From Octopus bimaculoides (taxonomy: Eukaryota), in assembly GCF_001194135.2 (NCBI RefSeq), contig NC_068987.1, forward strand, positions 24,393,587 to 24,457,586: DNA of 64,000 nucleotides, read 5' to 3'. A model generated the notes under the pieces. The model worked only from the letters and a program-made list of their open reading frames with translations, was not told the origin of the DNA and ran no database searches. Of this stretch, positions 1-13,145 are shown piece after piece. The translations under genes were made by a program, and so were the position numbers. The number at the start of each line of letters is the position of its first letter. Within the stretch, counting starts at the first letter, position 1.

Positions 1-425
1 AATAAAATACACAAAACTTGTTTCTGAATTACGTGTATTTACTTTATATACATATGAGTTGAAAACTTTCTTCTAGCATTCCACTTAATGTCTATGTTCC
101 ATGCTGGCATGGATTGGAGAGTTATTAATGTAGAAATATGGTATCGTAGCTACTAACAGTTAAGGGTTGCGTAGTCTAGACGGCATTTTTAGAAAACTCA
201 GTTGGGTCCCAAAATAATGTACTGCTGTCACATCCATCCCACCCTCAATCTCACTTCGGAATTTTCTATTTGGCTTTTCCGACTCTGTTCATCTCGTCGT
301 CCATTTGTTCTACATTAGTATAACTCCACTATTATTCACTTCATTCAGTCGTTCTTCCTGAAAAAGCAAACCCAATTCAATTGCTCATAGATCTGAATGG
401 AAGCGAAACAAGCTATTTATAAAAC

Positions 426-748
426 CTCTTTATTGATAAGAGGTAGTTTTATTCCGATGCGATCAAGAGCACTTCCGGTTTATTCCTGATTTTGTTGTAT
501 GTCCATTTATATTGTAGATATATTATTATTTCTTTATACATATTTACACTATGTTAGTAATAATTAAATACCGCTTGTAATTAACTTAAGAGAGAATTCT
601 TTAACCAGACTAAGACAATAGAGATATCCTGTATGAAGTAGTTAAAAGTTCTGTCCAGTCTATCAATGCCTTCATCAATTTTAAGTCTCACTATTTAAAT
701 ACCTTTCTCATTATCTCATCTCATAACTACATTTTTATGTAAGTATCA
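426..748 (+). promoter_or_regulatory. ZNF-1 5' cassette (putative promoter/non-coding first exon)
   Basis: CTCTTTATTGATAAGAG|GTAG at 426-446, ETS-like ACTTCCGG at 471-478, donor GTAAGTATCA at 739. Alignable by eye with 25373-25700, 20030-20323 (rc) and 42510-42797 (rc). Confidence 0.7.
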
Positions 749-2004
749 TTTATATTTAATTTACACATTATTTTATCGAACAATCTCTTTTGCATTTACA
801 TTTCTACTTCCTCCACTACTTCTTTTCCCTACAAGATCCTATTTTCTTTTCTCTCTTCACGTTTACTTCTCTCTCATGTATTTCATCGGTCAATGTAAAA
901 ACCTTCACCCGGGAACAAAAAAAAAAAATTATAATAAACCAGCCTGGCAGCCGGTCTGTGTGTGGAAAACGAATATGGAAACAAAAAATGCAAGCTGACG
1001 ACCCTTCGAGTGACAAGGGGACTTTCGGAAAATTCACAAGATCATTTCATCTAAACATCGTAATATTTATTTTAATTCGTTCAACCTCCCTGTTTATTAT
1101 TTTTGCTCCATATTTTCTCCCTTATCCACTCCATCGATCCTGTCGTTTTTTAATGTTCCCTCTTTGTTTCTTGGAAGCAGCATTTAACGAAGGAATGCCA
1201 ACCATTTTGTATTTGAAAAGTTGTATGTGGCCCATATCTACCCGCCTTCTCTTTTGTTAGCAACTAAACGAGTCAGATTAAACGTTTGGCTAGTACTTCC
1301 TTGGTTGTTGATATTTTTCAAGACACAGTCGCCCTTTCTATGCCCAAGGTGTTTTCTTATATTTGGCACTGCCAGGCCCAATTTTATTGAGATGCAGCGA
1401 TCTGAGATTGAGGAAATTTCTCAGGTAAAGAAGCAACCGAAGAGTAGAATAAGCAGTGTTGTTCTTTGTTGAATGAGAAATGTTCGTAGTGAGCAGTAAA
1501 AGAATTTCTCTTGCCATGCTTTTATTCTTTTGCTTGTTTCACTCATTTGACTACTGCCATGCTATAGCATTGCCTTATAGTGATTAGTCGACCATATCGA
1601 CCCCAACACTTATTTTAAAGTCTCATACTTATTCTGTTGCTGAACGGCTAAGTTACGAATGTAACCAAACACCTGTTGTTAAGCGGTGGCGGGACAAACA
1701 CACACACACACACTCTTCAAAGCTTTATATAACATACGCACATTTCTGCACTTTGATTATGTGTATGCGCGAATCGTTTGGATCGCTTACTCAGTATTTA
1801 CAACGAAAATGAGCTCAAATCGTTTCGTAATGTGTTCAGCCCCTTTGGTATTTAAAAAAGAAATTTATTTATTTATTTATTTATTATTATTTTTTTTTTG
1901 CAGGAATGCACAATATCTTGAGCAGAGATTCCGAATCTGCAAAAAAAAAATCTGCATTTGAATATGCATTTCTTTAATTTTCATTAAAAAACTGGCGGTG
2001 GGGG

Positions 2005-2878
2005 NNNNNNNNNNNNNNNNNNNNNNNNNNNNNNNNNNNNNNNNNNNNNNNNNNNNNNNNNNNNNNNNNNNNNNNNNNNNNNNNNNNNNNNNNNNNNNNN
2101 NNNNNNNNNNNNNNNNNNNNNNNNNNNNNNNNNNNNNNNNNNNNNNNNNNNNNNNNNNNNNNNNNNNNNNNNNNNNNNNNNNNNNNNNNNNNNNNNNNNN
2201 NNNNNNNNNNNNNNNNNNNNNNNNNNNNNNNNNNNNNNNNNNNNNNNNNNNNNNNNNNNNNNNNNNNNNNNNNNNNNNNNNNNNNNNNNNNNNNNNNNNN
2301 NNNNNNNNNNNNNNNNNNNNNNNNNNNNNNNNNNNNNNNNNNNNNNNNNNNNNNNNNNNNNNNNNNNNNNNNNNNNNNNNNNNNNNNNNNNNNNNNNNNN
2401 NNNNNNNNNNNNNNNNNNNNNNNNNNNNNNNNNNNNNNNNNNNNNNNNNNNNNNNNNNNNNNNNNNNNNNNNNNNNNNNNNNNNNNNNNNNNNNNNNNNN
2501 NNNNNNNNNNNNNNNNNNNNNNNNNNNNNNNNNNNNNNNNNNNNNNNNNNNNNNNNNNNNNNNNNNNNNNNNNNNNNNNNNNNNNNNNNNNNNNNNNNNN
2601 NNNNNNNNNNNNNNNNNNNNNNNNNNNNNNNNNNNNNNNNNNNNNNNNNNNNNNNNNNNNNNNNNNNNNNNNNNNNNNNNNNNNNNNNNNNNNNNNNNNN
2701 NNNNNNNNNNNNNNNNNNNNNNNNNNNNNNNNNNNNNNNNNNNNNNNNNNNNNNNNNNNNNNNNNNNNNNNNNNNNNNNNNNNNNNNNNNNNNNNNNNNN
2801 NNNNNNNNNNNNNNNNNNNNNNNNNNNNNNNNNNNNNNNNNNNNNNNNNNNNNNNNNNNNNNNNNNNNNNNNNNNNNN
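2005..2878. other. Assembly gap (N run); others at 22538-23029, 24313-24344, 45807-46185, 49356-49365, 53819-54449
   Basis: Runs of N in the sequence. Confidence 1.
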
Positions 2879-2944
2879 CGTATTTTTCTACATATTTCGC
2901 CCATTTTATGAGAAACAAATATTAATGTTTAATAATTAATGTTA

Positions 2945-3380
2945 TAAAGTTTAATAAGGGGCTCAAATTTCACCCCTCCCCCAATTTTAAATTTTCAACT
3001 TTTTCATCCATTTATTTATTTATCTATCTATTTATCCCTAAAATATATTTGTCAACTAAATGTGGCAGTCATATAGAAGACGGTGTTACTGTTGTTTTTA
3101 GCTCCAGGAAGACATCCATATCTATCTCTTTATCCACACATCTATATGCTTATTGAATTTAAAATTTTGAAAATGTAGTTTCTTGCATATTCGGAATATC
3201 TGTCATCTAAAACATAAGGGAAAAAAAATTTCGAAAACGTTCAAAATTTTAAATGGGGGGGATGTTTTTTTTTTTTTTTTTTTTTTTTGCTTGCATACTC
3301 ATAATCTCCGACATCTAAAACATAAGAATCAGAAAAATGCATTTTTCAAAGAGAGGAGAGGTACAAAACTGCATTAGCTA
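2945..3380. mobile_element. Dispersed ~430-bp repeat (MITE-like arm), copy 1
   Basis: High-identity reverse-complement match to 20655-21112 (e.g. tgtggcagtcatatagaagacggtgttactgttgtttttagc). Confidence 0.75.
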
Positions 3381-4094
3381 CCCCCAGATTTCATACAGCT
3401 GGATATCATTTCTGTTGCCTGTTTCCAAGCAGTCATATTTCCCCATGGTGAGGCATATTTTTCACGGAAGGCATGAGATGAACTTCACTTGTATGAGAAT
3501 GATGCTTGTTTACAATCTTATAATCTCAAGAGAAGGGATGATACATAGACACTCACATAAATATGCTACTGGCTTCTTTCAGTTTCCATTCACTTGCCCA
3601 AAGGGTTGTGTAATAGAAGTGAATCAAAGATGCCATGCAGTGGGAGTGAACCCAAGACCACGTGGTTATGAAATAGACTTCTTAACCACAGCTATATACT
3701 GTTTGCCTTCCTGAATCAATGATTTGATTAAATACAACTGTGAAGTAATCCGTTTTGGATCTATTATAGTGTGGATAATAAGGAAGACGTGAGAACAAGT
3801 GATGTAGACTAAGGAGATCAACCAAAGTTTGGAATGAATGTAGTAATCAGCTTTGTATCTATTATGTTGTAGATATGTATTTTTGCTTGCTTAGATCAGG
3901 TGGAAGATTAAATTATTTTAGAATGTTTTTAGACCAAACTATAGTGACCTGTAGTCATCTCAGTGTTTTCATGCCAAAATTCACATCATTGTGTCTTTTC
4001 CCTTTATATATATGTTTTGACTGTTTCTAGTTATTCCAATAATCTTTATGTTAACACTTCATTGTCCCTAATGTATTATGTCTTTCTATTTCAG

Positions 4095-4396
4095 GTTATC
4101 TGATGATATTGAAATAAAGGAATAACTGTTTAAAACTAAAGATAAGTTAATCAAGCTTGGAATTGAGATTATTTGCAAACATTCTTACTGAGTTGTGTAC
4201 TGGAAAATTCTAAAATTTAATTGTCTTGGATATCTGGGTATATTTTCTTAACTGGAGCAAGTTTACTGAACCTTTAATCAATGGTTATTAATTACTAGAT
4301 TCAATCCTAATAATCTACTTGAGATCCTTTCTTATGAACCAAAATATCATCACACTTTGTTAAAGATCATCGTACAGGTAAAATAGATTAATAGAT
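4095..4396 (+). other. ZNF-1 terminal-exon acceptor and 5'UTR leader
   Basis: tttctatttcag|GTTATCTGATGA. The same junction lies before ZNF-2 (16074), ZNF-4 (41484) and ZNF-5 (53238) on the minus strand. Confidence 0.7.
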
Positions 4397-5563
4397 ATGG
4401 AAAAGAATGTAGAGCCTGAAACTATTGATTCCTCTACTCATGCAGAGGGAAATACAGAAGAGAAATCACATTTATGTGAGTTATGTGAGGAATTATTCAC
4501 AAGAAAGGATTTAATTCAACATCAACTAATTCACTCAGTCTCAAAGCTGTATAACTGTGAAGTTTGTGGAAAGACGTTCAATAATAGCAGCTTGTTAACT
4601 AGCCACAAAGATATCCACACTGGAGAAAAATTATACCAATGTTATATCTGTGATGAAATGTTTTCAACAAAGGACAATTTGTCATCTCACACATGTATTC
4701 AAACAGCTGAAAGACCATACCGCTGTGATATCTGTGGTAAAACATTTTCTAGAAGCGGTCAGTTATCTTCCCATAAATTTATTCATTCTGGAGAGAGACC
4801 ATACCATTGTGATATCTGTGGTCAAACATTTTCTAGAAGCGGACATTTGGTTAACCACAAGCGCATTCACACAGGCGAAAGGCCATACAACTGTGATATT
4901 TGTGGTAAAAAATTTTCTAGAATTAGTGAATTATCTTCCCACAAACTTATTCACTCAGGGGAAAAACCCTATAACTGTGATATGTGTGGTAAAAAATTTT
5001 CTAGAATTAGTGATTTGTCTTTCCACAAACGTATTCACTTAGGTGAAAGGCAATACCGCTGTCATATCTGTGATAAAATATTTTCTAAAAGTACTGATTT
5101 GTCTTCTCATAAACATATTCATTCAGGAGGACGAACATACCACTGTGATATTTGTGATACAACATTCTCTCAAAGTGGTAGTTTATCTCAACATAAGCGC
5201 ATTCATACAGGAGAGAAGCCATACCAGTGTGATATTTGCAAGAAAAAATTTTCTACTAGCAGTTATTTGTCCACCCACAAACGTACACACACAGGAGAAA
5301 AACCTTACCACTGTGATATCTGTGGTAAAACGTTCACTCGAAGTAGTACTTTATACCAACATAAACCTATACATACAGGAGAAAAACCATACCATTGTGA
5401 TATTTGTGGTAAAAAATTTTCTACAAATCGTAATGTAACTCGACATAAACGTATCCACATTGGGAAAAGACCATACCACTGTGATGTCTGTGATGAAACA
5501 TTTTCTACAAGAAGTCGCTTGTCTTCCCACATACGTACTCACACAGGAGAAAGATCATTGTAA
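4397..5563 (+). CDS. C2H2 zinc-finger protein ZNF-1 (388 aa, 13 fingers, 2 atypical)
   Basis: Intact ORF of tandem C-x2-C-x12-H-x3-H repeats with TGEKPY-type linkers after a ~25-aa acidic leader. Confidence 0.93.
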   Translation: MEKNVEPETIDSSTHAEGNTEEKSHLCELCEELFTRKDLIQHQLIHSVSKLYNCEVCGKTFNNSSLLTSHKDIHTGEKLYQCYICDEMFSTKDNLSSHTCIQTAERPYRCDICGKTFSRSGQLSSHKFIHSGERPYHCDICGQTFSRSGHLVNHKRIHTGERPYNCDICGKKFSRISELSSHKLIHSGEKPYNCDMCGKKFSRISDLSFHKRIHLGERQYRCHICDKIFSKSTDLSSHKHIHSGGRTYHCDICDTTFSQSGSLSQHKRIHTGEKPYQCDICKKKFSTSSYLSTHKRTHTGEKPYHCDICGKTFTRSSTLYQHKPIHTGEKPYHCDICGKKFSTNRNVTRHKRIHIGKRPYHCDVCDETFSTRSRLSSHIRTHTGERSL

Positions 5564-5820
5564 CTCTGTGATAAAACATTTGCTAAAATTGGGGGGGTTT
5601 TTTCTTTGCTGATATTTGTTCAGTCAAAAGAAAAACCGTCATAGCACTGTGATATCGTAAAATATTCTTACAAAATGGTACTTTATCGCTACAGAAATAT
5701 TTTTGTGCTGGCGAAAGACCATATCACTGGGATATCTGTAGTGAACAGGTAATAGAAGTGGTGATTTAACTTATTATCAGTGTAATCGCACAAGAGGTAA
5801 ATCATGGCTATGTGAGATCT

Positions 5821-6727
5821 CATCTTTGCCCACTTAATCCTTGGATTGTCTTGACGGCAGAATCCTCAAGCACAGCCGCCATTGGATTCTGTCAGAAGCA
5901 GCTGTCTCCAATTGATCCAGTTGTGTCTCCTGCTAGTTGAGTTTGCGCACAAGACCTACCCAACGATTCTTTCCCAAGACATTCTTACCACATGTCTGTA
6001 ATATCAGAGAAGTAGTGGCTCTATAAGGAACACCACTCTAATCTCTGAGCTATGCACTCTATTGAGTAATGTTACTCCAGAGACTCTTTGGAGGAACCCC
6101 AATTCGGCTGCTTGTATTTGCAATCATATTCTTTTGGTCATTACCCAAGATTTATGATCATAGGTAAGAGTTGGCACAAACACCAAATTGAAGATAGCGA
6201 GTTTGGCTGTTACACCTACCTCTTTTCTTCTGATGACCGTATGTTGAAGCTAGTGCATTACTGCATCAGCTCCTGCAATTCTTGCATTTAATTCAGCCTC
6301 ATGCTTTTTATTGCTCATGAACATGGCCTCAAGATTCTTAAATTTTTCCACCTACTTCAGTGGAACCCTACTCATATGCGGAGTGCATTGCACAGGCTTC
6401 CTTTAGGAGATAAGTGTATCAATCTTTGCAGCACTGATTTTCATTCCTGTTGAGCAGCACTCGGCAGCAAACATCAAGTGCATGCTGGAGACCACCTTCC
6501 AATGAGTTAAGTAGTACCATGTCGTCTGCAAGTTCCAGCCAACTGATCCTATACATCCCCGGTCTGAATGTTACTTCCAACCTCGCTGTGCATGTCAAAC
6601 CTGTCTGTAAAGATTATGAACAGGAAAGGTGACAGTATGCACTTTGGTGGAGTTCAACACCTATATCGAATGGTTTTAACTTATCACCATTTATCCAAAC
6701 ACAAATACTAGGATATTCATATAGGCT
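5821..6727 (-). mobile_element. 5'-truncated RTE-clade LINE in ZNF-1 3'UTR
   Basis: Degenerate RT motifs on minus strand (LHQ..ILSPFLFIIFTD-like, LADDMVL), flanked by a 13-bp direct repeat CTATGTGAGATCT at 5808-5820 and 6728-6740. Confidence 0.85.
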
Positions 6728-6777
6728 CTATGTGAGATCTATGGTAAATATTTTCTACAGATAACAACATATTTTGT

Positions 6778-6783
6778 AATAAA
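6778..6783 (+). terminator. Putative poly(A) signal of ZNF-1
   Basis: ttttgtAATAAAt in the same context as the AATAAA of ZNF-2, ZNF-3 and ZNF-4. Confidence 0.6.
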
Positions 6784-7349
6784 TAATTTTTTTTTTAATC
6801 AATGGTATGACTTTTACTACATTGTTGTTATCATTAAAAATTGTTGTAATATCCATTATTACAACATGATGGTAAGCTATCTGGAGTATCTTCTTTTAAA
6901 TACACTAAATACTCGGTCACTTGAACATTTTACAGTTACTGCTAAAACATCTGATGACCCTGTCCTCAATTACCATGGCAGTATACATATACTGCCTTTG
7001 TCCATCTTTGTACACAGTATCAAATTCCTTCTTATATGGTACTGGGTTATCTTTGTTTCTGCTATTCATTGACACTTTGCATTTTATCATGTTGACTGTT
7101 TCAATTTTAGAATCTGAACCCCAATTTTACAAGCATAGTTATTTCTATGTCATAGATAGAACCTGAAATATATCTTTAATATTAACCATCAAAACAAGTT
7201 AATGTGAATAGTTTGAGATATGGGTCATAGTGTTATTCGAAAGAAAGGTAAATAGAAAAAGGTGTAACAGACCAAGAAATATGCAGATAACAGATAGATA
7301 TCAAGGAGTGGATAGTTAAACTAATATCAATGTAAGAATAGACAACCAT

Positions 7350-8656
7350 CTGTACCATCTCATACCTTGAGATGGGACAGAATGGTTATTTATGTTGGTT
7401 AATTTATATGACTACATGACACCCACTGAACAATACCATTATGTGACAACACAGCTTTGAGGTTAACCTTACTGGAGACTATAAACAATCTCCATTCGTT
7501 AGCCACATGCACGTGTCCTAGGTTTTGCATGAGTGCATTAATATCAGTACAGAAACAAGCATTACTTTCTTGCTTGTAAAAGACAGATAAGCCTTTGTGG
7601 CGAGAACAGAAAATGGAAATTTTCGTACCTTGCTGTAAGAGATTCCGTTATTGTAGTTTGGATCCTAAAACTACTGCCTTCTCCTTTGACAATGCTAGGT
7701 CTCTTACTAAATTGTTCAAACCTTGATTAAACTAGCCTGGTTTATTTTCCTTAGAATCACCTACGTAGTCTTCATCAATAGGAGAATCAAGAAGTTTATT
7801 GTGCAACGTGTCAAATGAAGCATGTGAGAGGGGATCGGGGAGAGGGTTCTCAAAGTCATATGGGACCGGTTATAGAGCCGACTTACAATCTGCATACACA
7901 ATTTTTGCTTTGGTCTTCTTTGAGAAACCACTAATATTAGTCATGCAAAAGTAAGTTAGAGACATGATTGGTTGGCTCACACCATACCATTGGTACAGCA
8001 AAAGGCATTCCCTTGTTTTCCATTCAGCCACAGTGTAAACTCTCAGTAACACACAGTGCAGCATATATGAGGTGCCCACTTCTTGTCTTGGTCCCCAACT
8101 TTACACCTGAAATAATATTTATAGGCAATTTTTTATTCGGAGGTAATGTTCCTCTGCTGGTCATGCAGAGCAAATTTTCCACAGACTTAACAAAAGTTGT
8201 CTGGATGATTCACACAGCCTCTCCCATTCATGATCTAACACAATGAACAGTTAAAACAGTAATCACGCAGAGCGAGAGACACACATACCGCACATACGTG
8301 TGATATGTGTATCTCAAACAACACTGAGAGTTACCAAGAACAAACTGATGTATTTGGCATTGCACACAATACATCAGCACCATCTATTGCTAAACTAAAT
8401 AATGAACTTTCTAATCTTTTGATCGTTTGTTTTATTGCTGTTATTTCTTTAATTTTAAATTAAGACCACTTTCATTTTAGCAAATTTTATAATAGGCCTA
8501 TATCTAGCCGAAAGTATAGTTATAATCTTGTGCATGCACATAACTCAAAATCCTGATATGCTAGAACAATTCTGGGTGCAGATTTGGAGTCAGCATCCTT
8601 GATTTAGTCTAAAACATTTGATTTTACTCCAGTAGCAAAATCTTTGTTGTCCAGGG
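7350..8656 (-). mobile_element. Chapaev3-like DNA transposon fragment (decayed transposase plus left end)
   Basis: Minus-strand translation with stops: CVNHPDNFC*VCGK..AYKYYFRCKVGDQDKKWAPHICCTVC..MPFAVPMVW.EPTNH..EWRLFIVSSKVNLKAVLSHNG. Terminal-like CCCTGGACAACAAAGATTTTG ends at 8656. Superfamily assignment from recollection of the family, not a search. Confidence 0.7.
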
Positions 8657-9479
8657 TAATGGAGACCAACATAGCCCTCAGGCTAGTTGGATCCTGTCGA
8701 ACCAACCACTCCAATGCCAGCATAGAACACAGTCGTTAAATTATATATATGAGATTTCTTTCTAATTTGTCAACCAAATACAATTGCAAGGATTATGGCA
8801 GAAAACACTTGCCTAAGGTGCCACATAGAAGAACTGAACCCAAAAGCTATGTTGCTGGGAAGCAAACTTCTTAACTACACAGCCAAGCCTGTGCTTCAGT
8901 TATCAATAAACAAAGATTGCTCTAGTTGTGGAGCTGGTTTATTTCCATTTAACTAATAAAGTACTGCACTGATATTAAATACAAAATTTGCAAAATTTTT
9001 CTCTTGTGAATATTTTGTTATCACACTTTTGACATTTATTTGCAAAAACTGGCAGCAACAGTAGTAATAACATTCATAAAATTTGTAGGTTCAAGAAGTT
9101 CAAACAAGAAGAATTTGAGAATATTGCTTAAGTTATTGAAATAGAAAATAATTTTTGTAAGCAACTAAAACAGTTATTTTGTATAGTCCTTGTTCAAATT
9201 CAACAACATAAATGATAATTTATATTTTTTTAACTGCACTACAAAAATAAACATGTGAAATTGGCTCATGAAAAATGCCTATTGAACCACTAGGTGTTAA
9301 TTATATCTCAACCATATGGAAGCTGAACCTGAACATAATTTGTTAGAAGAAATATGCTTAGGTCTTGCATAAATGGTGGTAGGGATGTCCCCTAAAGAGC
9401 CAGATGATTAAAAGTGTAACTGAATGTATGAAATAAATAAAAAAGATTTATTACCATAATAGCTAAATTGGCACTTGTA

Positions 9480-10150
9480 TGTACCTTGTCATACAACTAT
9501 ACAGATACTGAATATCTAACAGAGCACGCAAGCTTCATTTCTTTCTAGTCTTTGCATCTACAGCCCAAGTTTCACAACCACATGGCATTGCTGTTCATAC
9601 ACAAATGTCATACAATCTACCTTTCACTCTAAGAGAGAGGTATTCTGTTACCAACAAAGGTAATAGTTCTCTAAATTTTCTTTAATCAATTCTACTTCTA
9701 ACAACTATACTTTCAGCATACCACCCATCCAACTGATAATTAGGCCTCCTATGTAACAGAAACTATTCACAGCCCCTAACGACCTTCCTGGACATTTCAG
9801 AAAATCTTTTTCCTAAGTGCTCTTAACATTTATTGAACCTATGTATCTGTCACAAAATCAACATTCCTGTGATTCCACTCCACCTCTTATGTATTCAATT
9901 TGCACTGAAAATACTTAGGAATTTCTACCAACACTCTTCTACATTAAGCACAGCCATTTACCTTAAGGGATTAGTATCCTGTCTGTTTTCTTGTTAACTT
10001 TAAGGTCCTATGATTCCAGGCTTTGCTTCCAAACTTGGAATTTCCTTTGATTCTACTAGTTTTGGCTATAAGAACAAGATCATCAACATGGGCAGCCATT
10101 CTTAAATTCCTCTGTTATGACCTGGAGGGCCAAGATAAATAGGCTCAGGA
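9480..10150 (-). mobile_element. Decayed RTE LINE ORF2 fragment
   Basis: Minus-strand pieces ITEEFKNGCP..DDLVLIA, GKWLC..KSVGRNS, CETWAVDA..RLERNEA. Confidence 0.7.
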
Positions 10151-10228
10151 AAGAAAAGGAGAACAGCAGTATAATAAACCAGTAGGTAGATCAGAAAATG
10201 TGTAGATGATGAGCAGGGTGGGAGAGAA

Positions 10229-10450
10229 GGCGGTGAGCTGGCAGGAACGTTAGCAGGCCGGGCGAAATGCTTAGCGGTATTTCGTCTGCCGCTACATTCT
10301 GAGTTCAAATTCCGCCGCGGTCAACTTTGCCTTTCATCCTTTCGGGGTCGATTAAATAAGTACCAGTTACACACTGGCTCGACTTAATCCATTTGTCTGT
10401 CCTTGTTTGTCCCCTCTGTGTGTAGCCCCTTGTGAGCAGTAAAGAAATAA
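10229..10450 (+). mobile_element. tRNA-derived SINE type A
   Basis: A-box-like TGGCAGGAACG and B-box GAGTTCAAATTCC, followed by body gactttgcctttcatcctttcggggtcgat. Many related copies (23098-23560, 32200-32380 rc, 35100-35320, 38255-38650, 47270-47420, 47668-47885). Confidence 0.85.
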
Positions 10451-10835
10451 GAGAGAGAAGGCAAAAAAGGATGTCAAAGGTACTTAGAAGTAGCTGTAGT
10501 GAATGTGAGACAATGGTGGGTGAGGGTGGCAATGATATATATGCCAGGGTAAAGAAAATGAGAGCAGATAAAAGAGATTGTTAAAGATAAGGTAATGGTA
10601 CTCCCAAAATATATCTTAAGCAGGCACAGAAAAGGATGACTTATAGAAAATAGGATGGGAAGAGATGGATTTTAAAAGGAAGTAGTTTTGGGGAGATAAC
10701 TGGTAGTATTGAGGGGATGAGATGAGTGCATATTCTGCTGTCATGATTATAGCAACTGAAGAGTGGAGAGATGGATGTTAGGAAGATGAGGAGTGGAAAT
10801 AGGCTTGAAAGGGACAGATTAGGTGCAGGACCCAT

Positions 10836-10881
<46 letters not shown>

Positions 10882-11536
10882 GAGTGAGCAGATTGGTACT
10901 TCAAGTTTCAAGCATGATGCTAGTCTTCAGCCATTGGAATTAGAAAAAGATGTTGGATGAGAGTGAGTGTTTACTGGTGGGCATTAGCCTGCAATTGGTC
11001 AAGAAAGGTCACATAGTATCACAGTTTGATGTTGGTATTTCAGCAACATTTACTTGAAAACACACATTTGGTGCAGAAGGAAAGTAAGGAGTGGCAGATA
11101 TGCAAGTATAAAAGTATGTGTGTGTGGCTCCATTCATGTGAGTGTGCATGGGTGTACATTCATGTGCTTAGACATCTTTGTATGTGTGCCTGCATTTATG
11201 TGAGTGCATGTGCACACACAAACAGAAACTCTCCTTCATCAACATCTTATTCTAATTCTACTGGCTGAAGATTAGCAAAGAATTTGAATCAAACTGTTTG
11301 ATCCATACCTATGTGTGTATGTGTTCGAAACGCTTAATTTTAGAATGGGGGCAGCTGATGAAGGAAATGTTCTCTGTGGCCTGTGTGTTTTCTGTGCTCT
11401 GTTTATGTTCTCATTTTGCCCACGTTTTCTTGTGACGTCCTGTACCCAGATATGCATCTATATACACATGTAGATGTAGGTATGTACATACATGTATGTA
11501 TATATGCATATACTCTCATTTTATTTGTATTATTAT

Positions 11537-11571
<35 letters not shown>

Positions 11572-11644
11572 AAGAAAAGCAACAAAAATTCAATAGGTTA
11601 TAGCAGTACGTACGTTTTGTACAAACTTCATTTATTCATGTAGT

Positions 11645-12399
11645 GAGAACACTACATAAAATGTGCAATGAAAATGTACTCCTCGGCTGCATAATGGAAT
11701 TATGCTGAATGTGTCATTTTTTACCCAAGAAGTTGCAAAGCAGATCACCATTTTGGATACCATGTATATGTTAAGCATAGCTTGGAAGAAGGTCTCTAGT
11801 CAGGCAATCAAACACTGTTGGACCAAAGCAAGTTTTGTTTCAGCTGAAGAATCAAATGAAGCCATAGATGTTAACAAAGATTTGATCCTGCCTTCACTGC
11901 CTACTGGATTGATCAAAAAGCAGTTTGAGAACTGGTTGTCTGTAGATGATGGGGCTGTTGTTGCTCCAGAGATCATCACAGAAGAAGAAAAACTAGATGA
12001 GATCATTCGTGGTATTCAGCAATTTGAGAAGGAAACCGAAGATGAAGATGACAATTCTGATGTTCATGTTGATGAAAGAATTCCGGAGCCTCCAACACCA
12101 GCTGAAATGAGATGCTATCTCACTCCATTAGAAAGTAGCCTTGAAAGTTTTGATTTCAGTGACGTATCTTTTTAGAACTTTTAAAGAAAAATATCAATGC
12201 AGAGTTGCAAACAAAGCGTCCAGCAAAGCAAACAACACTCAACAAATCTTTCTTTCAATGACATTGTTTATGTTTTTATTCAGGTAGTCGCATATGTATG
12301 TATTTCAATAAATGTTTAATCATCGGCGAATTTTGTTCTCTCGGTTAATAAATCCAAAATAGGCAGTCCCAAGATGGATTTATAAAGTAGGGTCTACTG
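11645..12399 (+). mobile_element. pogo/Tigger-like transposase C-terminal fragment with right TIR
   Basis: ORF 11702-12175 QITILDTMYMLSIAWKKVSSQAIKHCWTKASF plus acidic tail, typical of the Tigger/CENP-B DDE_1 C-terminus. Ends ...GTAGGGTCTACTG|TA. Confidence 0.75.
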
Positions 12400-13145
12400 T
12401 ATGTAGTTTATAGATCCAGTATAGGAAGAATCAATAAAAAGTTCTCCATCCAGTGAGGGATAAATATCAATTTAATATACATAATCAATTTAATATACAT
12501 AATGTGCATTAAATTTATATATATAAATCCAAACTGAGGGAATGGAGCAGGTAAAATCCAGGCTACATATGTTTCCTAGATAGCAGGAAACTTACCACAG
12601 ACTGCTTGAAGCTTGAAGCTTACTAACTTCCTATATCTAAATCCTTCGATCTTACAATTACACATGTACATATATATCTATTTGATAATCTGCTTGTTCG
12701 TTTGCCTGTTATACTTTGGTTAGTTAGAGAAGTGGAGTAAAAATGAGAGAGAGAGAGAGAGGAGGAGAAATGTGAGTAGCGAAGTGTATAATAATACACT
12801 GGGGCCAAATGCTTCGCATGGTTAGTTGGAGGGAGAGGAAAAGAGTGAGAGAAAAGTATTAATGATGTGCTGTAGGGTGGGCAGGGAAAGAGAAAGAGAG
12901 AAATGTTAAAAACATAAAGTGGGGAATTACATGGTTAAAAAGTTTGTTGAACAGGTAGAGAGAAAGAGAAATATACAGTGCTTAGCAGAGGTAAATTTTA
13001 AAATCATATAATATATTATTGTGACTGAAAGTGAAATAACTTAGCAAAATAAAAATTCTTTTTTTAAATAGCTTCTCTTAATCTTTTTCATTCTGTGGAA
13101 TTTCCACAGATTCCACTAGTATATATATATATATATGGATTTTCA

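Noticed and set aside
905-1530. Unexplained moderately GC-rich segment and ORFs 790-1260 and 1221-1472
   Set aside because: No recognisable motif in six frames; probably an old TE in intron 1.
4470-5560. 84-bp periodic repeats resembling a CRISPR-like array
   Set aside because: Periodicity is the 28-aa C2H2 unit; eukaryotic context and no cas genes.
10229-10320. tRNA-like A/B boxes (also 56170-56261)
   Set aside because: These are SINE heads followed by SINE bodies; no complete cloverleaf seen.
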